From assembly GCA_963839745.1 (NCBI GenBank), contig CAWIWC010000010.1:508410-572409 (forward strand): a stretch of DNA of 64,000 nucleotides. The letters are read 5' to 3'. The DNA is from an uncultured Actinomycetes bacterium (GTDB lineage: Bacteria; Actinomycetota; Thermoleophilia; Gaiellales; Gaiellaceae). The notes below the pieces were generated by a model. The model did no database searches. It was not told where the DNA came from and was given only the letters and a program-made list of their open reading frames with translations. Within the stretch, counting starts at the first letter, position 1, and every line of letters starts with the position of its first letter. The translations under genes and the position numbers were made by a program. Below, in pieces: positions 39,156-48,521 of this stretch.

Positions 39156-40208
39156 CTAGGCGATCGAGAGCGGCGTGTGGAGCGGGACGCGCTCGTAGAG
39201 GTCGATTACGTCCGGGATCAACATGCGGATGCAGCCGTGTGAGGCCGCACCGCCGATCGAGGCCGCGTCCGCGGTTCCATGGATGCCCGCGCCGTCGTAG
39301 AAGCCCATCCACCGCGCCTTGATCGGGTTGTCCGGGTCGTTCCCGGCGATGACCTTGCCCGCGAGGTCGCCCGCCCAGTCGCTGTTCGGCACGTACCAGG
39401 CAGGGTTGGCCGCCATGCTCTCGATCTCGTACTCCCCGGCGGGCGTGTCGAACCCGGCTGCGCCGATGCCGACGCGGTAGGTCTTGACGAGGCGCTGCTT
39501 GACGAAGAGGCGGAGCTCGCGCCGCGACCGGCTGATGGCGATGAAGTGCCCGTAGCGCGACTTCAGCTGCTTCGTCGTCACCTTCGGCCGGACGATCTTG
39601 ACCGGCACGTCGAACGTCCGGCTCGAGCCCGGGCTGACGAGATGGTCGACGATCTCCCGATTGAGCAGACGCGGCCGGAGGGCGATGCCGATCTGCGCCG
39701 GCGTGATCTGGACGCCCGCGAACGACGCGGAGCTTGCCGCGTCCCGCGCAGGCTGCTGCACCTCGCGCCGGATGCCGGCGACGACCCGCGCGACGGCCTC
39801 CCGCGAGTAGTCGACCTCGAGCTCGAGGTCGGTCTCCTGCGTGCGCCCGGTCAGGTCGTTGAGCGAGCGCGTGAGGAAGTTCCCCTCGCGGCTCTCGGCC
39901 ATCGCCGACTGGAGCAGGGCGTCGACGTTCGTACTCACGTCCATGAGAGCCGGCTCGATGGTGAAGCTGCGCTGGCGATGTGTGATCTGCAGCGGCTGGT
40001 CGAGACGATGGGCCACCTCTTGGCGTACCGCAGCCTGCGCCTCGGGCATCGTCATCCCGCTCACGTCAACGCCGGCAACGCTGATTCCCTCAGCGATCTG
40101 GTCGGAACGCGAGGTGTCGTAGCGGTGCAGCGCGGCGGTGGCGGACCCGGCCAGCACGACAACGGCCAGCACCGTGATGACGAGTGCTTTTCGCACTGGG
40201 ACCCTCAC
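39156..40208 (-). CDS. L,D-transpeptidase (YkuD-domain) family protein with N-terminal membrane anchor
   Basis: The 350-aa intact ORF has the catalytic motif SHGCIRM near the C-terminus and an N-terminal TM (ALVITVLAVVVLAG). Confidence 0.85.
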   Translation of the reverse strand: MRVPVRKALVITVLAVVVLAGSATAALHRYDTSRSDQIAEGISVAGVDVSGMTMPEAQAAVRQEVAHRLDQPLQITHRQRSFTIEPALMDVSTNVDALLQSAMAESREGNFLTRSLNDLTGRTQETDLELEVDYSREAVARVVAGIRREVQQPARDAASSASFAGVQITPAQIGIALRPRLLNREIVDHLVSPGSSRTFDVPVKIVRPKVTTKQLKSRYGHFIAISRSRRELRLFVKQRLVKTYRVGIGAAGFDTPAGEYEIESMAANPAWYVPNSDWAGDLAGKVIAGNDPDNPIKARWMGFYDGAGIHGTADAASIGGAASHGCIRMLIPDVIDLYERVPLHTPLSIA

Positions 40209-40265
40209 AACCTTAGCGAGCGTTACGAAATATGCCCGCTCAGGGGTTCATTTTTCCAGGATCTT

Positions 40266-40841
40266 CTAGGCGGCCCTGACGGCCTCGCCTTCGGCCTCCG
40301 CACGTGCGTGCGCCTCGCCGACCAGCTGTGCGAGCACGGCCTCGAGCTCGGTGCAGAGCTCCTCGTCGACGAGCTTGCCGGCCTCGTCGAAGCGGCTCGG
40401 CGCGCTCGTCACCGCGACGCCGTCCTCGACCACGCGCGCGCCCATCGTCTTCAGCACCTTGCGGAGCTCGGCCTGCGACCAGACGGCGCCGAACATGCCG
40501 GTCGAGGCCCCGATCACGGCAACGGGCTTGTTGCGGAGCTCGTTCGTGGCGAGCGGGCGCGAGACCCAGTCGAGGGCGTTCTTCAGCTGGCCGGGGATCG
40601 AGGCGTTGTACTCGGGCGTGGCGAAGAGAACCGCGTCGGCGCCGGCGATCGCGGAGCGCAGCTCCGCGACGGCCGCCGGCGCCGCCGGTCCGTCGTCGTC
40701 CTCGTCGTAGGGCGGGATCGCCTTCAGGCCCTCCCAGACCTCCAGCGCGACGCCCTCGCCGAGCCAGTCGGCGGCCGCGCGCAGTGCGCGCGTGTTGTGG
40801 GAGTCGCGGCGGAGGCTGCCCGAGATGCCGAGGATCGTCAT
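40266..40841 (-). CDS. NADPH-dependent FMN reductase family protein
   Basis: The ATG is at 40841. The sequence reads MTILGISGSLRRDSHNTRALRAA...VLFATPEYNASIPGQLKNALDWVSRP. Confidence 0.85.
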   Translation of the reverse strand: MTILGISGSLRRDSHNTRALRAAADWLGEGVALEVWEGLKAIPPYDEDDDGPAAPAAVAELRSAIAGADAVLFATPEYNASIPGQLKNALDWVSRPLATNELRNKPVAVIGASTGMFGAVWSQAELRKVLKTMGARVVEDGVAVTSAPSRFDEAGKLVDEELCTELEAVLAQLVGEAHARAEAEGEAVRAA

Positions 40842-40843
40842 CG

Positions 40844-41389
40844 CTAGTCGGCCTTCACGAACTGGAGCTCGGCGACGATCGTCACGTCGTTGGCGAGGGC
40901 GGGGCCGCCGGCCGGGAGCGGCATGTTCCAGTCGATGCCGAAGTCCGTCCGGTCGACCGTCGTGCCGAGCGCGAAGCCGACGCGCTCGTTCCCGTAGGGG
41001 TCGCTGAGGGCGGGGAACGCGGTGCCGGTCACGGTGACGGGCTTCGTGACGCCCTTCAGCGTGATCTCGCCGTCGACGCTGACCGTGTCGCCGTCGAGGG
41101 CGATCCGCTCGGCGGTGAAGCGCAGCTCGGGGTGCCGCTCGGCGTCGAAGAAGTCGGGCGACTGCAGGTGCGCTGCGAGGTTCTCGTCCTTGACGTCGAC
41201 GCTCGCGACCTGGGCCGTGCCGGACAGGCTCGCGCCGTCGTCCGCGATCTCGAGCGTGGACTGGACCTCGCGGAACTCGCCCTTGAAGGTGCCGGCCAGG
41301 TAGGCGATCTCGAAGCCGACCGTCGAGTGGACGGGGTCGAGGCGCCAGGTCCCGGCGGGGGCGAATGCGGTGGCTTCCGTGGTGCTCAC
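40844..41389 (-). CDS. YceI family protein
   Basis: The GTG at 41389 follows AGGAGGAAAG. The sequence WRLDPVHSTVGFEIAYLAGTFKGEF...ITLKGVTKPVTV fits the family. Confidence 0.85.
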   Translation of the reverse strand: MSTTEATAFAPAGTWRLDPVHSTVGFEIAYLAGTFKGEFREVQSTLEIADDGASLSGTAQVASVDVKDENLAAHLQSPDFFDAERHPELRFTAERIALDGDTVSVDGEITLKGVTKPVTVTGTAFPALSDPYGNERVGFALGTTVDRTDFGIDWNMPLPAGGPALANDVTIVAELQFVKAD

Positions 41390-41408
41390 TGGGCTTTCCT
41401 CCTGGTAG

Positions 41409-41447
41409 TTGCGTGCTACACTGTTGTGTGCGCAATCAAATGTAGCA
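41409..41447. promoter_or_regulatory. Nested inverted repeats in the 63-nt divergent YceI/MarR intergenic region (candidate MarR operator)
   Basis: TGCTACA (41414-41420) pairs with TGTAGCA (41441-41447), and TTGCG (41409-41413) pairs with CGCAA (41431-41435). Confidence 0.4.
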
Positions 41448-41452
41448 GCGAT

Positions 41453-41923
41453 ATGTTGAGTCCGCAAGTAACACATCGAGCCCAGCCGACCGCACCTGCG
41501 GTGCGCGCGTGGACGCGCCTCCTGCGCGCCTACGCGGTGACCGCCCGCTGTCTCAGCCCGGCGCTGCTCGAGGAGCACGGCCTCACGCTCAACGACTACG
41601 AGGCGTTGAAGCTGCTCGCGGAGGCCGAGGGCCGGCGGATGCGGCGCGTCGACCTCGCCGCCGCGCTCTCGCTCTCGGCTTCAGGCGTCACTCGTCTGCT
41701 CGAGGGCCTCGAGGAAGACGGGCTCGTCGTGCGGGCCACGTGCCCCCACGACCGCCGGGTGGCATACGCCCAGCTCACGGACGAAGGTGCGCTGCGGCTG
41801 CAGGCCGCCTCCTGCGGTCACGCGGCGTCGATCCGCGACTTGCTCGAGGACACGCTGACCGAAGCCGAGCTCGACGAGCTCGCGGAGCTCCTCGGCAAGT
41901 TCGCTGGGGACGAAGCCGGCTAG
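41453..41923 (+). CDS. MarR family transcriptional regulator
   Basis: The ATG is at 41453. The sequence LTLNDYEALKLLAEAEGRRMRRVDLAAALSLSASGVTRLLEGLEEDGLVVRATCPHDRRVAYAQLTDEG is a MarR wHTH. Confidence 0.85.
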   Translation: MLSPQVTHRAQPTAPAVRAWTRLLRAYAVTARCLSPALLEEHGLTLNDYEALKLLAEAEGRRMRRVDLAAALSLSASGVTRLLEGLEEDGLVVRATCPHDRRVAYAQLTDEGALRLQAASCGHAASIRDLLEDTLTEAELDELAELLGKFAGDEAG

Positions 41924-42738
41924 TACGGCAGCTCGACGTCGCTGACGTCGAGGCCGAGCGAGTTCGCGAGCCGGACCCCGTCGTCGAGGTCCTCGCGGAG
42001 CCGCTGGACGTCGCGGCTGTGCATCGCGCGCCCGATCCAGGCGCGCTCCGGGGGCCGCCAGAGAGCGTGCTCGACGAAGATCGGGAGCATTCGATTCGCC
42101 GCCGTGACGAGCTTCTGCTTCGTCCGCTTCGTGGCGTTCTCGAGCAGCACGCGCTCGTAGGCCATGCCGGCGCCGTGGTGGATCCCGTCGTCGATCGTCA
42201 GGCGGTTGCAGAGGTCCTCGAGCACCGTGCCGCGCGAGGAGCGGGCGATCAGGCGGAACCTGGAGATGATCAGGCGCTCGAAGAAAACCTGCATGAGGAA
42301 GACCTTCTCCTCGAGCAGGTCGAGGTCGTCCAGGAACATGCGTGCCAGCTCGTCGAGATGGGGATCTCGCGCACCCGGGCCGCCGACCTCGCCGAGGAGC
42401 TTGAGCCAGGCCTCGACGTGGCGAGCCTCGTCCTGGGCCATCGTCGTGTAGTAGAGCCGCGCCTCGTGGTGCTCCGCGAGATTCAGGAGCTGGGCGGCCA
42501 TCTTCACCGCGAGGATGTCTGCCTGGTACTGCTGCGTGATGACCGAGCGCCACACGTCCTTGCGGCGGGCCTGCTTCTGCGCCGACCCGCGCGCCTCGGG
42601 AATCGGCGGAAGCTCGTTCCAGGGGAGGTCGTGCGTCTGCCACTCCGCCCGCTTGGCGAGGTCGTAGTAGCGCAGGACGCCGCGCCGTTCCTCGGACGGC
42701 TCGGGCTGAAGGCCTTGGTGGAGCTCTTCGACGGCCAT
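41920..42738 (-). CDS. Ferritin-like / di-iron-carboxylate (AurF- or R2-like) superfamily protein, function unknown
   Basis: The 272-aa ORF starts at the ATG at 42738. It is all-helical, with an ExxH-type motif (DEARHVEAW) and a second acidic/His motif (DDGIHHGAG) about 85 residues later, plus FFERLIISRF between them. Confidence 0.55.
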   Translation of the reverse strand: MAVEELHQGLQPEPSEERRGVLRYYDLAKRAEWQTHDLPWNELPPIPEARGSAQKQARRKDVWRSVITQQYQADILAVKMAAQLLNLAEHHEARLYYTTMAQDEARHVEAWLKLLGEVGGPGARDPHLDELARMFLDDLDLLEEKVFLMQVFFERLIISRFRLIARSSRGTVLEDLCNRLTIDDGIHHGAGMAYERVLLENATKRTKQKLVTAANRMLPIFVEHALWRPPERAWIGRAMHSRDVQRLREDLDDGVRLANSLGLDVSDVELPY

Positions 42739-42782
42739 CGCGGGGAGCTTAGCGCCGGTCTCGTGAGACGGGCGGCAGGCCG

Positions 42783-43280
42783 TTAGCCCACGGCGACCTT
42801 GAGGGCGACGATCAGGAGCCCGAGCGTGAGGTTCGTCCCGATGACGGCGAGCGTCGCCAGGCCGCCCAGCTGCTCGATCCGGGCGTAGCGGAGCCCCTGC
42901 ACCGCCAGCGTGCCGACGCCGAGCCAGACGGCGAGCCACAGGGCCGTCGAGTCCTTCAGGACGTCGAGCGCGCCGAGAACGACCGCTGCGCAGGGGGCGA
43001 CGGCCGCGAGGACGATCGTCGCCTCGCGACGGCCGACGTCGACGAGCCGGCGGGCGCGCATCGGCTGCTCCTCGCTGACGCTCTCGGCCAGCGCGTGCGC
43101 GTAGACGTGTGCGAGCCACAGGACGACGGAGGTCGTCGCGACGACGGCCGCGAGGTCCCACATCCTGCCCTGCGTGTTGGACGCTCCGGCCACGAGCGCC
43201 GCCAGGACGACGATCGTTCCGTAGACCGTCCCGGCGATCGTCTCGCCGGTGCCGAAGACGACATGCCGGGTCCGGCTCAT
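42783..43280 (-). CDS. Small polytopic membrane protein (165 aa), function unknown
   Basis: The ATG at 43280 overlaps the stop of the ATP-grasp gene (ATGA). The protein has 4-5 hydrophobic helices. Confidence 0.55.
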   Translation of the reverse strand: MSRTRHVVFGTGETIAGTVYGTIVVLAALVAGASNTQGRMWDLAAVVATTSVVLWLAHVYAHALAESVSEEQPMRARRLVDVGRREATIVLAAVAPCAAVVLGALDVLKDSTALWLAVWLGVGTLAVQGLRYARIEQLGGLATLAVIGTNLTLGLLIVALKVAVG

Positions 43281-44518
43281 GCCGCCGCGGCGCGCTCGTC
43301 CGCGGCCCACCGAGCCGTCAGGCTCCGACAGCGCTCGATCATCTCGTCCTGCCGCTCGTGCTCGACCTCGAGCCGGATCGCCCTGACGACGAGGTCGTCG
43401 AACTCCGCGCTCTCGACGTACTCGACCGTCAGCTCGTCGAGGTGGGGGAGGGCCGTCGCGCGGAACTCCTCGAAGCGGTCGGCCTGGAAATACGCGTCCG
43501 CAAGCTCCGCATAGCGTTCGAGCTTCTCCTCGTACGTCAGGTCGGGGTCGTCGCCGACCTCGAAGTACTCGCGTGTCCGCTGGTTGAGGCGCATCGAGCG
43601 CCCCGTTGCGACACAGAATGCGCACCAGGCGAGCAGCGACTTGATCGCCCACGGGAAGTGGTAGTGGAGGCTGACGAGCGCGATGTCGGGCGAGGCGTTC
43701 GCGTAATCGATCGGGTGGGCCTGCCCGTCCTTGACGATCGTCTCGCAGGAGTTGAACTCCCAGCGGAAGAACGCGTTCACGAGGCGGCTGATGACGGCGA
43801 CCTCCCGCTCGAGCTCGGGCGGAAGGATGTCGAGCTCGACCTGGTAGCGGTAGTGGCCGTGCGCGCCGGGGTCGTAGCGCATGACGCGCGTCTGCGGCCC
43901 GATGGAGAGGCTGCGGGTGAAGACATCGAAGTCCTCGACGCTCGCCTGCAGGTGCATCATCCGCTCGCCCGACTCGTCGTAGGCTGCGTGCAGCTCCTCG
44001 GGCCCGGCGATCCTGGTGACGCCCACCCACATGCCGCCGTCGAACGGCTTCATGAAGAGCGGGTAGCCGATCCGCTCGGCGACCTCGTCGAGGTCGAAGT
44101 CCGGGTTGTAGCGCTCCGCCATGTGCACGTAACGCGGGTTGTCGGGCGGGAGCTTGTGCGGGAGCAACCAGGTCTCCGGCACCTTGAGGCCGAGCCGCAT
44201 CATCGCGCAGTACGCCGCGTGCTTCTCCATCGCCTGGAACGTGAACGGGTTGTTCAACAGGTAAACGCGATCCATGAGCGCGATCTTCTTCAGCCACTCG
44301 CGCGGGAGGTCGTACCACCAGGAAAGCCGGTCGATGACGAGCGAGTAGCGCGGCTCGTGCCGCAGGTTGAAAGGCTCGTTCCGGATCCGGTACGACGCGA
44401 GCACGTGCGTCTCGCCCCGGTAGCGGACAGGGCCGACGCGTTCGAGCAGGGTCTCGAGGGCGGTCGGCCAGTCCTCCTCGGTGGCGAGCAGCAAGCCGAT
44501 CGGATGCTGGCTCCCCAT
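43277..44518 (-). CDS. ATP-grasp fold protein (RimK / glutathione-synthetase-like ligase), substrate unknown
   Basis: The ATG is at 44518. The central segment GYPLFMKPFDGGMWVGVTRIAGPEELHAAY ... WEFNSCETIVKDGQAHPIDYANASPDI is consistent with an ATP-grasp nucleotide-binding core. The protein is 413 aa and intact. Confidence 0.65.
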   Translation of the reverse strand: MGSQHPIGLLLATEEDWPTALETLLERVGPVRYRGETHVLASYRIRNEPFNLRHEPRYSLVIDRLSWWYDLPREWLKKIALMDRVYLLNNPFTFQAMEKHAAYCAMMRLGLKVPETWLLPHKLPPDNPRYVHMAERYNPDFDLDEVAERIGYPLFMKPFDGGMWVGVTRIAGPEELHAAYDESGERMMHLQASVEDFDVFTRSLSIGPQTRVMRYDPGAHGHYRYQVELDILPPELEREVAVISRLVNAFFRWEFNSCETIVKDGQAHPIDYANASPDIALVSLHYHFPWAIKSLLAWCAFCVATGRSMRLNQRTREYFEVGDDPDLTYEEKLERYAELADAYFQADRFEEFRATALPHLDELTVEYVESAEFDDLVVRAIRLEVEHERQDEMIERCRSLTARWAADERAAAA

Positions 44519-44572
44519 GTCTTTCGGAAGCGCGATGCTACGGGGTCCGAGGTCACCCGTGAAGGAGGCGCG

Positions 44573-45112
44573 ATGGTGCAGGAGGCAAACCTCGTCAGGA
44601 CCGAGAACGGCCTCGAGCCCGAGGGCGAGGGCTGGTACGTGCTCAACGCGCGTGAGGCCCGGTGGTACGAGAACGACGAGTTCGGCGGCTTCGTCAACTT
44701 CGAGGGCGACGTGCGCTTCGCCCAGCTCGGCTTCAACATCGCCGTCCTCGCACCCGGGCAGCCCGCGTGCATGTACCACGGCGAGGAGGACCAGGAGGCT
44801 TTCCTCGTCCTCGCCGGCGAGGGCCTGCTCCTGGTCGAGGGCGAGGAGCGCCCGCTCCGCCAGTGGGACTTCTTCCATTGCCCGCCCTGGACGGAGCACG
44901 TGATCGTGGGCGCGGGGGAGGGGCCGTGCGTCTTCATCGCGGTCGGCGCGCGCAGTCCGGCCTCGAGCGTGATCTATCCCGCGCGTGAGGTGGCGCTGAA
45001 GCACGGCGCGGGCGTCCGCGAGGACACGGGCTCCGGCGCCGAGGCCTACGCCGAGGTCTCGGAGCCCGCGGCCCGCCCCTACCGCGAGGGCGATCTGCCC
45101 GGGTGGGAGTAG
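44573..45112 (+). CDS. Cupin domain protein
   Basis: The ATG at 44573 follows GAAGGAGG. The sequence MYHGEEDQEAFLVLAGEGLLLVEGEERPLRQWDFFHCPPWTEHVIVG is a cupin beta-barrel motif. Confidence 0.7.
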   Translation: MVQEANLVRTENGLEPEGEGWYVLNAREARWYENDEFGGFVNFEGDVRFAQLGFNIAVLAPGQPACMYHGEEDQEAFLVLAGEGLLLVEGEERPLRQWDFFHCPPWTEHVIVGAGEGPCVFIAVGARSPASSVIYPAREVALKHGAGVREDTGSGAEAYAEVSEPAARPYREGDLPGWE

Positions 45113-45158
45113 ACTCGGCCGGGGTCGTCAGTCCCAGCAAGCTCTCAGGAGGTATCCC

Positions 45159-45998
45159 ATGGCCGGTCGTCGACAGGCGCCGAAGCCGAAGCCGAAGCCG
45201 CGGAAACGAGCGTCCAGGAAGCGCCAGCCGAAGCGGATCCTGAACGTCATCCCGTCGCCCGAAAGGGACGAGGACTGGACGTTCCGAAACGCGCAGGAGG
45301 CGGACATGATCGCCACCGCTCCGCGCGTTCCCTCGACCAAAGACCTCCGGGCGGACTGGTGGAAGATCAACGACCAGAAGTCGACGGGCTCGTGCGTCGG
45401 CTGGGCCACCGCGGACTCGGTCCTGCGCTGGCACTTCGTCAAGGCGGGGAGGCTCCCGCAGACGACGATGCTCTCGCCCCGCTTCATCTGGATGGCTTCG
45501 AAGGAGACCGACCAGTTCACGACGCGGCCGACGACGTTCGTCGACGCCGAGGGGACGAGCCTGAAGTCGGCGCTCGACATCGCCCGCAAGTACGGCGCGG
45601 TGCGCGACTCCGCGCTGCCGTGGGCCACCGGAAAGCTCTTCGGCGGCTCGGCGAACACGCTCTACGCGCTCGCGGCCCAGCTCAAGGTCCTCTCCTACTT
45701 CAATCTGGGCGTGAACCCGGCGAACTGGCGCACGTGGCTGGCGACGAACGGGCCGATCCTCACCCGCCTGGACGTGGACGCGACCTGGGACGCAGCCTCC
45801 GACAACAAGGGCGTCCTCGCCGAGTACAAGCCGAGGACGGCGCGCGGCGGCCACGCCGTGGCGATCGTCGGCTACCGGCCCGGCGAGTTCATCGTCCGGA
45901 ACAGCTGGGGCACCGCCTGGGGCGACAAGGGCTTCGCGTACGCCTCGGACTCGTACGCCGAGAACGCGTTCACCGAGGCCTACGGCGTCAGCGTTTAG
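45159..45998 (+). CDS. Papain-like (C1 family) cysteine peptidase with a poly-basic N-terminus
   Basis: The catalytic Cys context is NDQKSTGSCVGWATADS. The His/Asn context is GGHAVAIVGY...FIVRNSWGTAWGDKGFAY. The N-terminus is MAGRRQAPKPKPKPRKRASRKRQPKR, with no obvious signal peptide. Confidence 0.8.
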   Translation: MAGRRQAPKPKPKPRKRASRKRQPKRILNVIPSPERDEDWTFRNAQEADMIATAPRVPSTKDLRADWWKINDQKSTGSCVGWATADSVLRWHFVKAGRLPQTTMLSPRFIWMASKETDQFTTRPTTFVDAEGTSLKSALDIARKYGAVRDSALPWATGKLFGGSANTLYALAAQLKVLSYFNLGVNPANWRTWLATNGPILTRLDVDATWDAASDNKGVLAEYKPRTARGGHAVAIVGYRPGEFIVRNSWGTAWGDKGFAYASDSYAENAFTEAYGVSV

Positions 45999-46145
45999 AC
46001 GGAACGGTCTTGTCGCTGGGGTGCGATGGTCGTTCCGAGGCAAGGACGCAGGGAGCGTTCGTATCGAAGTAGATACGCGCGACTGAGGACGCAGTCCTCG
46101 GGCGAGCGCGGCCCGGCGGCATCGCCACTGTTTCGTCAAGCCCTC

Positions 46146-46682
46146 CTAGGCCGCCGCGCGGTAGCCGAACAGCCGCCCGATCGGGGCGAGGAGCGCGAAC
46201 AGGACCTTCTGGATGTGGTAGGTCGGCCGCGCGAGCGCGAAGTCGTCCAGGTGCTTGCGGCCGATCACGGCCATGTGCAGGAGATTCGGGCGGCCCTGCT
46301 CGTCCGTCTTGCCGGCCTCCGCCAGGCCGTACATCGTCTCGAGGAAGCCCTCGTACATTCCCGCGGGCACGAAGTCGACCACCATTCGCACGGGCGCGTC
46401 GCCCTCGACCTTGAAGGTGTGCGCCTCGCCCCGCGGGATCTCGAGGCGGTCGCCGGGCTCGAGGATCCGGATCGTGCCGTGCAGGGCGATGGCCACGCGG
46501 CCTTCCCTGATGTCGTAGCGCTCGACGAAGTTCCGGTGGACGTGGAGCGGCGGGCCCTGCTTGTGCGGCTCCGCCGTGACGTCGACCTGGAGGAGCTTTC
46601 CGCCGGAGTCGGCCGACGTGACCACGAAGGTGAGCGTCTCGCCGGTCGCCGGGTTGCGGATCACGTCGCCTGCGCTCGCCAC
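46146..46682 (-). CDS. Cupin domain protein
   Basis: The 178-aa intact ORF reads PPLHVHRNFVERYDIREGRVAIALHGTIRILEPGDRLEIPRGEAHTF. Confidence 0.75.
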   Translation of the reverse strand: MASAGDVIRNPATGETLTFVVTSADSGGKLLQVDVTAEPHKQGPPLHVHRNFVERYDIREGRVAIALHGTIRILEPGDRLEIPRGEAHTFKVEGDAPVRMVVDFVPAGMYEGFLETMYGLAEAGKTDEQGRPNLLHMAVIGRKHLDDFALARPTYHIQKVLFALLAPIGRLFGYRAAA

Positions 46683-46691
46683 GCAGGCAGC

Positions 46692-47261
46692 CTACTCGGC
46701 GGGAGAGCCTCCGGCGGCGTCGTCGAGGCGGTACATCCGCGCCTCGCGGCGGCCGTTGCGCCCGGCCTCGATGCGCGCGACGATCTGCTCCAGCCGCGCC
46801 AGGCGCCGGTCGACGGAGCGCCAGCCGTTCGTCACGAGCTCGGTGAGCAGCGCGACGTCGTCGAGGCGGTCGCGGCGCTCGTCCTCGACTCCCGCCGAGA
46901 CGTCCTCGAGACGGGCGAGCATGCGCTCGAAGAGGGCGCCCAGCTCCGCGACGTGCTGCGCGACGGGGCGGACCTCGACGCGGAGGGCCTCGTAGACGAC
47001 CGAGCCGACCCCCTGGGGGAGCGTCGCCTCGAGCTCGGTCGCGGTGGCGCGGAACCGTTCGAGGAGCTCATCGCGCTCAGGGCCCTCCGGCAGAGCCGGA
47101 AGGACCTCGACCCGGCCCGGGTAGGGCGGCCCGCCGAGGGCTTCGATGGCCTCGTGCACGCGCGCCTCGACCTCCTCGCTCACAGGCTCTCCGTGAACGA
47201 CTCGCAGGACGTTCTCCGCGGAAACGTCCGCATACGCCGCAAGCTCGAGAATTGTCGCCAC
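46692..47261 (-). CDS. Hypothetical protein with an N-terminal HTH-like segment and coiled-coil C-terminus
   Basis: The 189-aa intact ORF has an N-terminal TILELAAYADVSAENVLRVVHGEPVSEEVEARVHEAIEALG that loosely resembles a LacI-type HTH. The call is weak. Confidence 0.4.
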   Translation of the reverse strand: MATILELAAYADVSAENVLRVVHGEPVSEEVEARVHEAIEALGGPPYPGRVEVLPALPEGPERDELLERFRATATELEATLPQGVGSVVYEALRVEVRPVAQHVAELGALFERMLARLEDVSAGVEDERRDRLDDVALLTELVTNGWRSVDRRLARLEQIVARIEAGRNGRREARMYRLDDAAGGSPAE

Positions 47262-47287
47262 AGGACGCCCTTACAAAACCTAATCTC

Positions 47288-48430
47288 TCAGCCGCCGGGT
47301 TCAACAGCGGCTGTCCAGGAACGTCCAGGCCCGCTCTCGACTCGAGCCTGCGCCAGAGCCGCTTCCGCGCGGGCGAGCACGGACACGGCGTCGTCCTCGA
47401 AGCGCAGCTCGACGGCCGCGGTCGGTACCTGGCCGTCGATCACGCCGGCCTCCTTGGCGCCCAGCGCGAAGCGCAGGCGACGCGAGAGCTGGTCGGCGTC
47501 GCGCCGCGACGACTCCGGGAGCAGGACGGCGAAGCGGCCCTCGGCCAGGTGGTAGACGAGGTCGGTCGTCCGCACCGCGCCCTCGAGGCGCTCGGCGGCT
47601 GTGCCGAGCCGCTCGGCCGGCGCCTCGACCCCGAGGAGCAGGAGGCTGAGCGGGTGGCTGTAGCGCCGCGCCCGCGCGCACTCGACGTCGAGCGCGGCCC
47701 GGAGGGAACGGCAGCCGCGCAGGCCGGTGGCGGGATCGACGTCGAGCTCCCGGCGGAGCTCCTCGACGCGGAAGGCGTTGGTGAGGGCCGGGCCGAGGGC
47801 GGCCGCAAGGCCCTCGAGCTGCTCGAGCTCCTCCTCGGTCACCTCCCGCTCGACCCGGCGCCAGAAGATCCCGAGCGTGCCGATCCGCGCGCCGGACGAG
47901 TCGGGCACAGGCAGGGCGAGGCCGCCGCTGAGCCGGAACTCGTCGCGCTCCGCCTCCTCCTCGCCGTAGCGGTAGCTGAGCGTGACGGCGCGCGCCTCCT
48001 CGCCTCCCGGCGGCAGCCCGAGCAGCTCGCGCGAGGACTCCTCCGAGTTGAGGCCGAACGTGGCGATCAGCGGGTCGCCCTCCTCCTGGGGCAGCGCGAG
48101 CATGGAGGCGGCGGCGCCGGCCAGGCCCGAGGCCGACTCGAGCACGCGCCGCAGCGTCGTCTCGAGCGTGTCCTGGGCGCCGATGTCCCCGAGGTGGCGG
48201 AGCCAGCGAAGCTCGCTCCGTGCGCGCGTCGACTGGGCCCGCTCGCGCCTGACCTCTTCCCAGGCGCGCTCGGTCCCTGCCTCGGCCTCGACCTCGTCGC
48301 CGGGCGGCTCCACGTGCTGCTGCTTGGCGCGCCTGAGCCGAGCGGCGAGAACGAGGCTCGTCAGCAGCAGGATGGCCGCAAGCGCGGACGCGCCGACGGC
48401 GATCCAGGTCGTGATCTCCCAGCTTGGCAA
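47288..48430 (-). CDS. Membrane-anchored protein with a sensor (GAF-like) region and a degenerate GGDEF domain
   Basis: An N-terminal TM is present (ITTWIAVGASALAAILLLTSLVLAA). The C-terminal DPATGLRGCRSLRAALDVECARARRYSHPLSLLLLGVE...LAEGRFAVLLPES carries AEGRF in place of GGDEF. Confidence 0.6.
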   Translation of the reverse strand: MPSWEITTWIAVGASALAAILLLTSLVLAARLRRAKQQHVEPPGDEVEAEAGTERAWEEVRRERAQSTRARSELRWLRHLGDIGAQDTLETTLRRVLESASGLAGAAASMLALPQEEGDPLIATFGLNSEESSRELLGLPPGGEEARAVTLSYRYGEEEAERDEFRLSGGLALPVPDSSGARIGTLGIFWRRVEREVTEEELEQLEGLAAALGPALTNAFRVEELRRELDVDPATGLRGCRSLRAALDVECARARRYSHPLSLLLLGVEAPAERLGTAAERLEGAVRTTDLVYHLAEGRFAVLLPESSRRDADQLSRRLRFALGAKEAGVIDGQVPTAAVELRFEDDAVSVLARAEAALAQARVESGPGRSWTAAVEPGG

Positions 48431-48521
48431 AGCGCTCCTCCCATCACCGGCCGCAAAGCGAGCGCGGGTGCTTCTCTCCCTACTCGGACTGTAGGAACTT
48501 TTCGGGAGATTTCCAGGCTGT

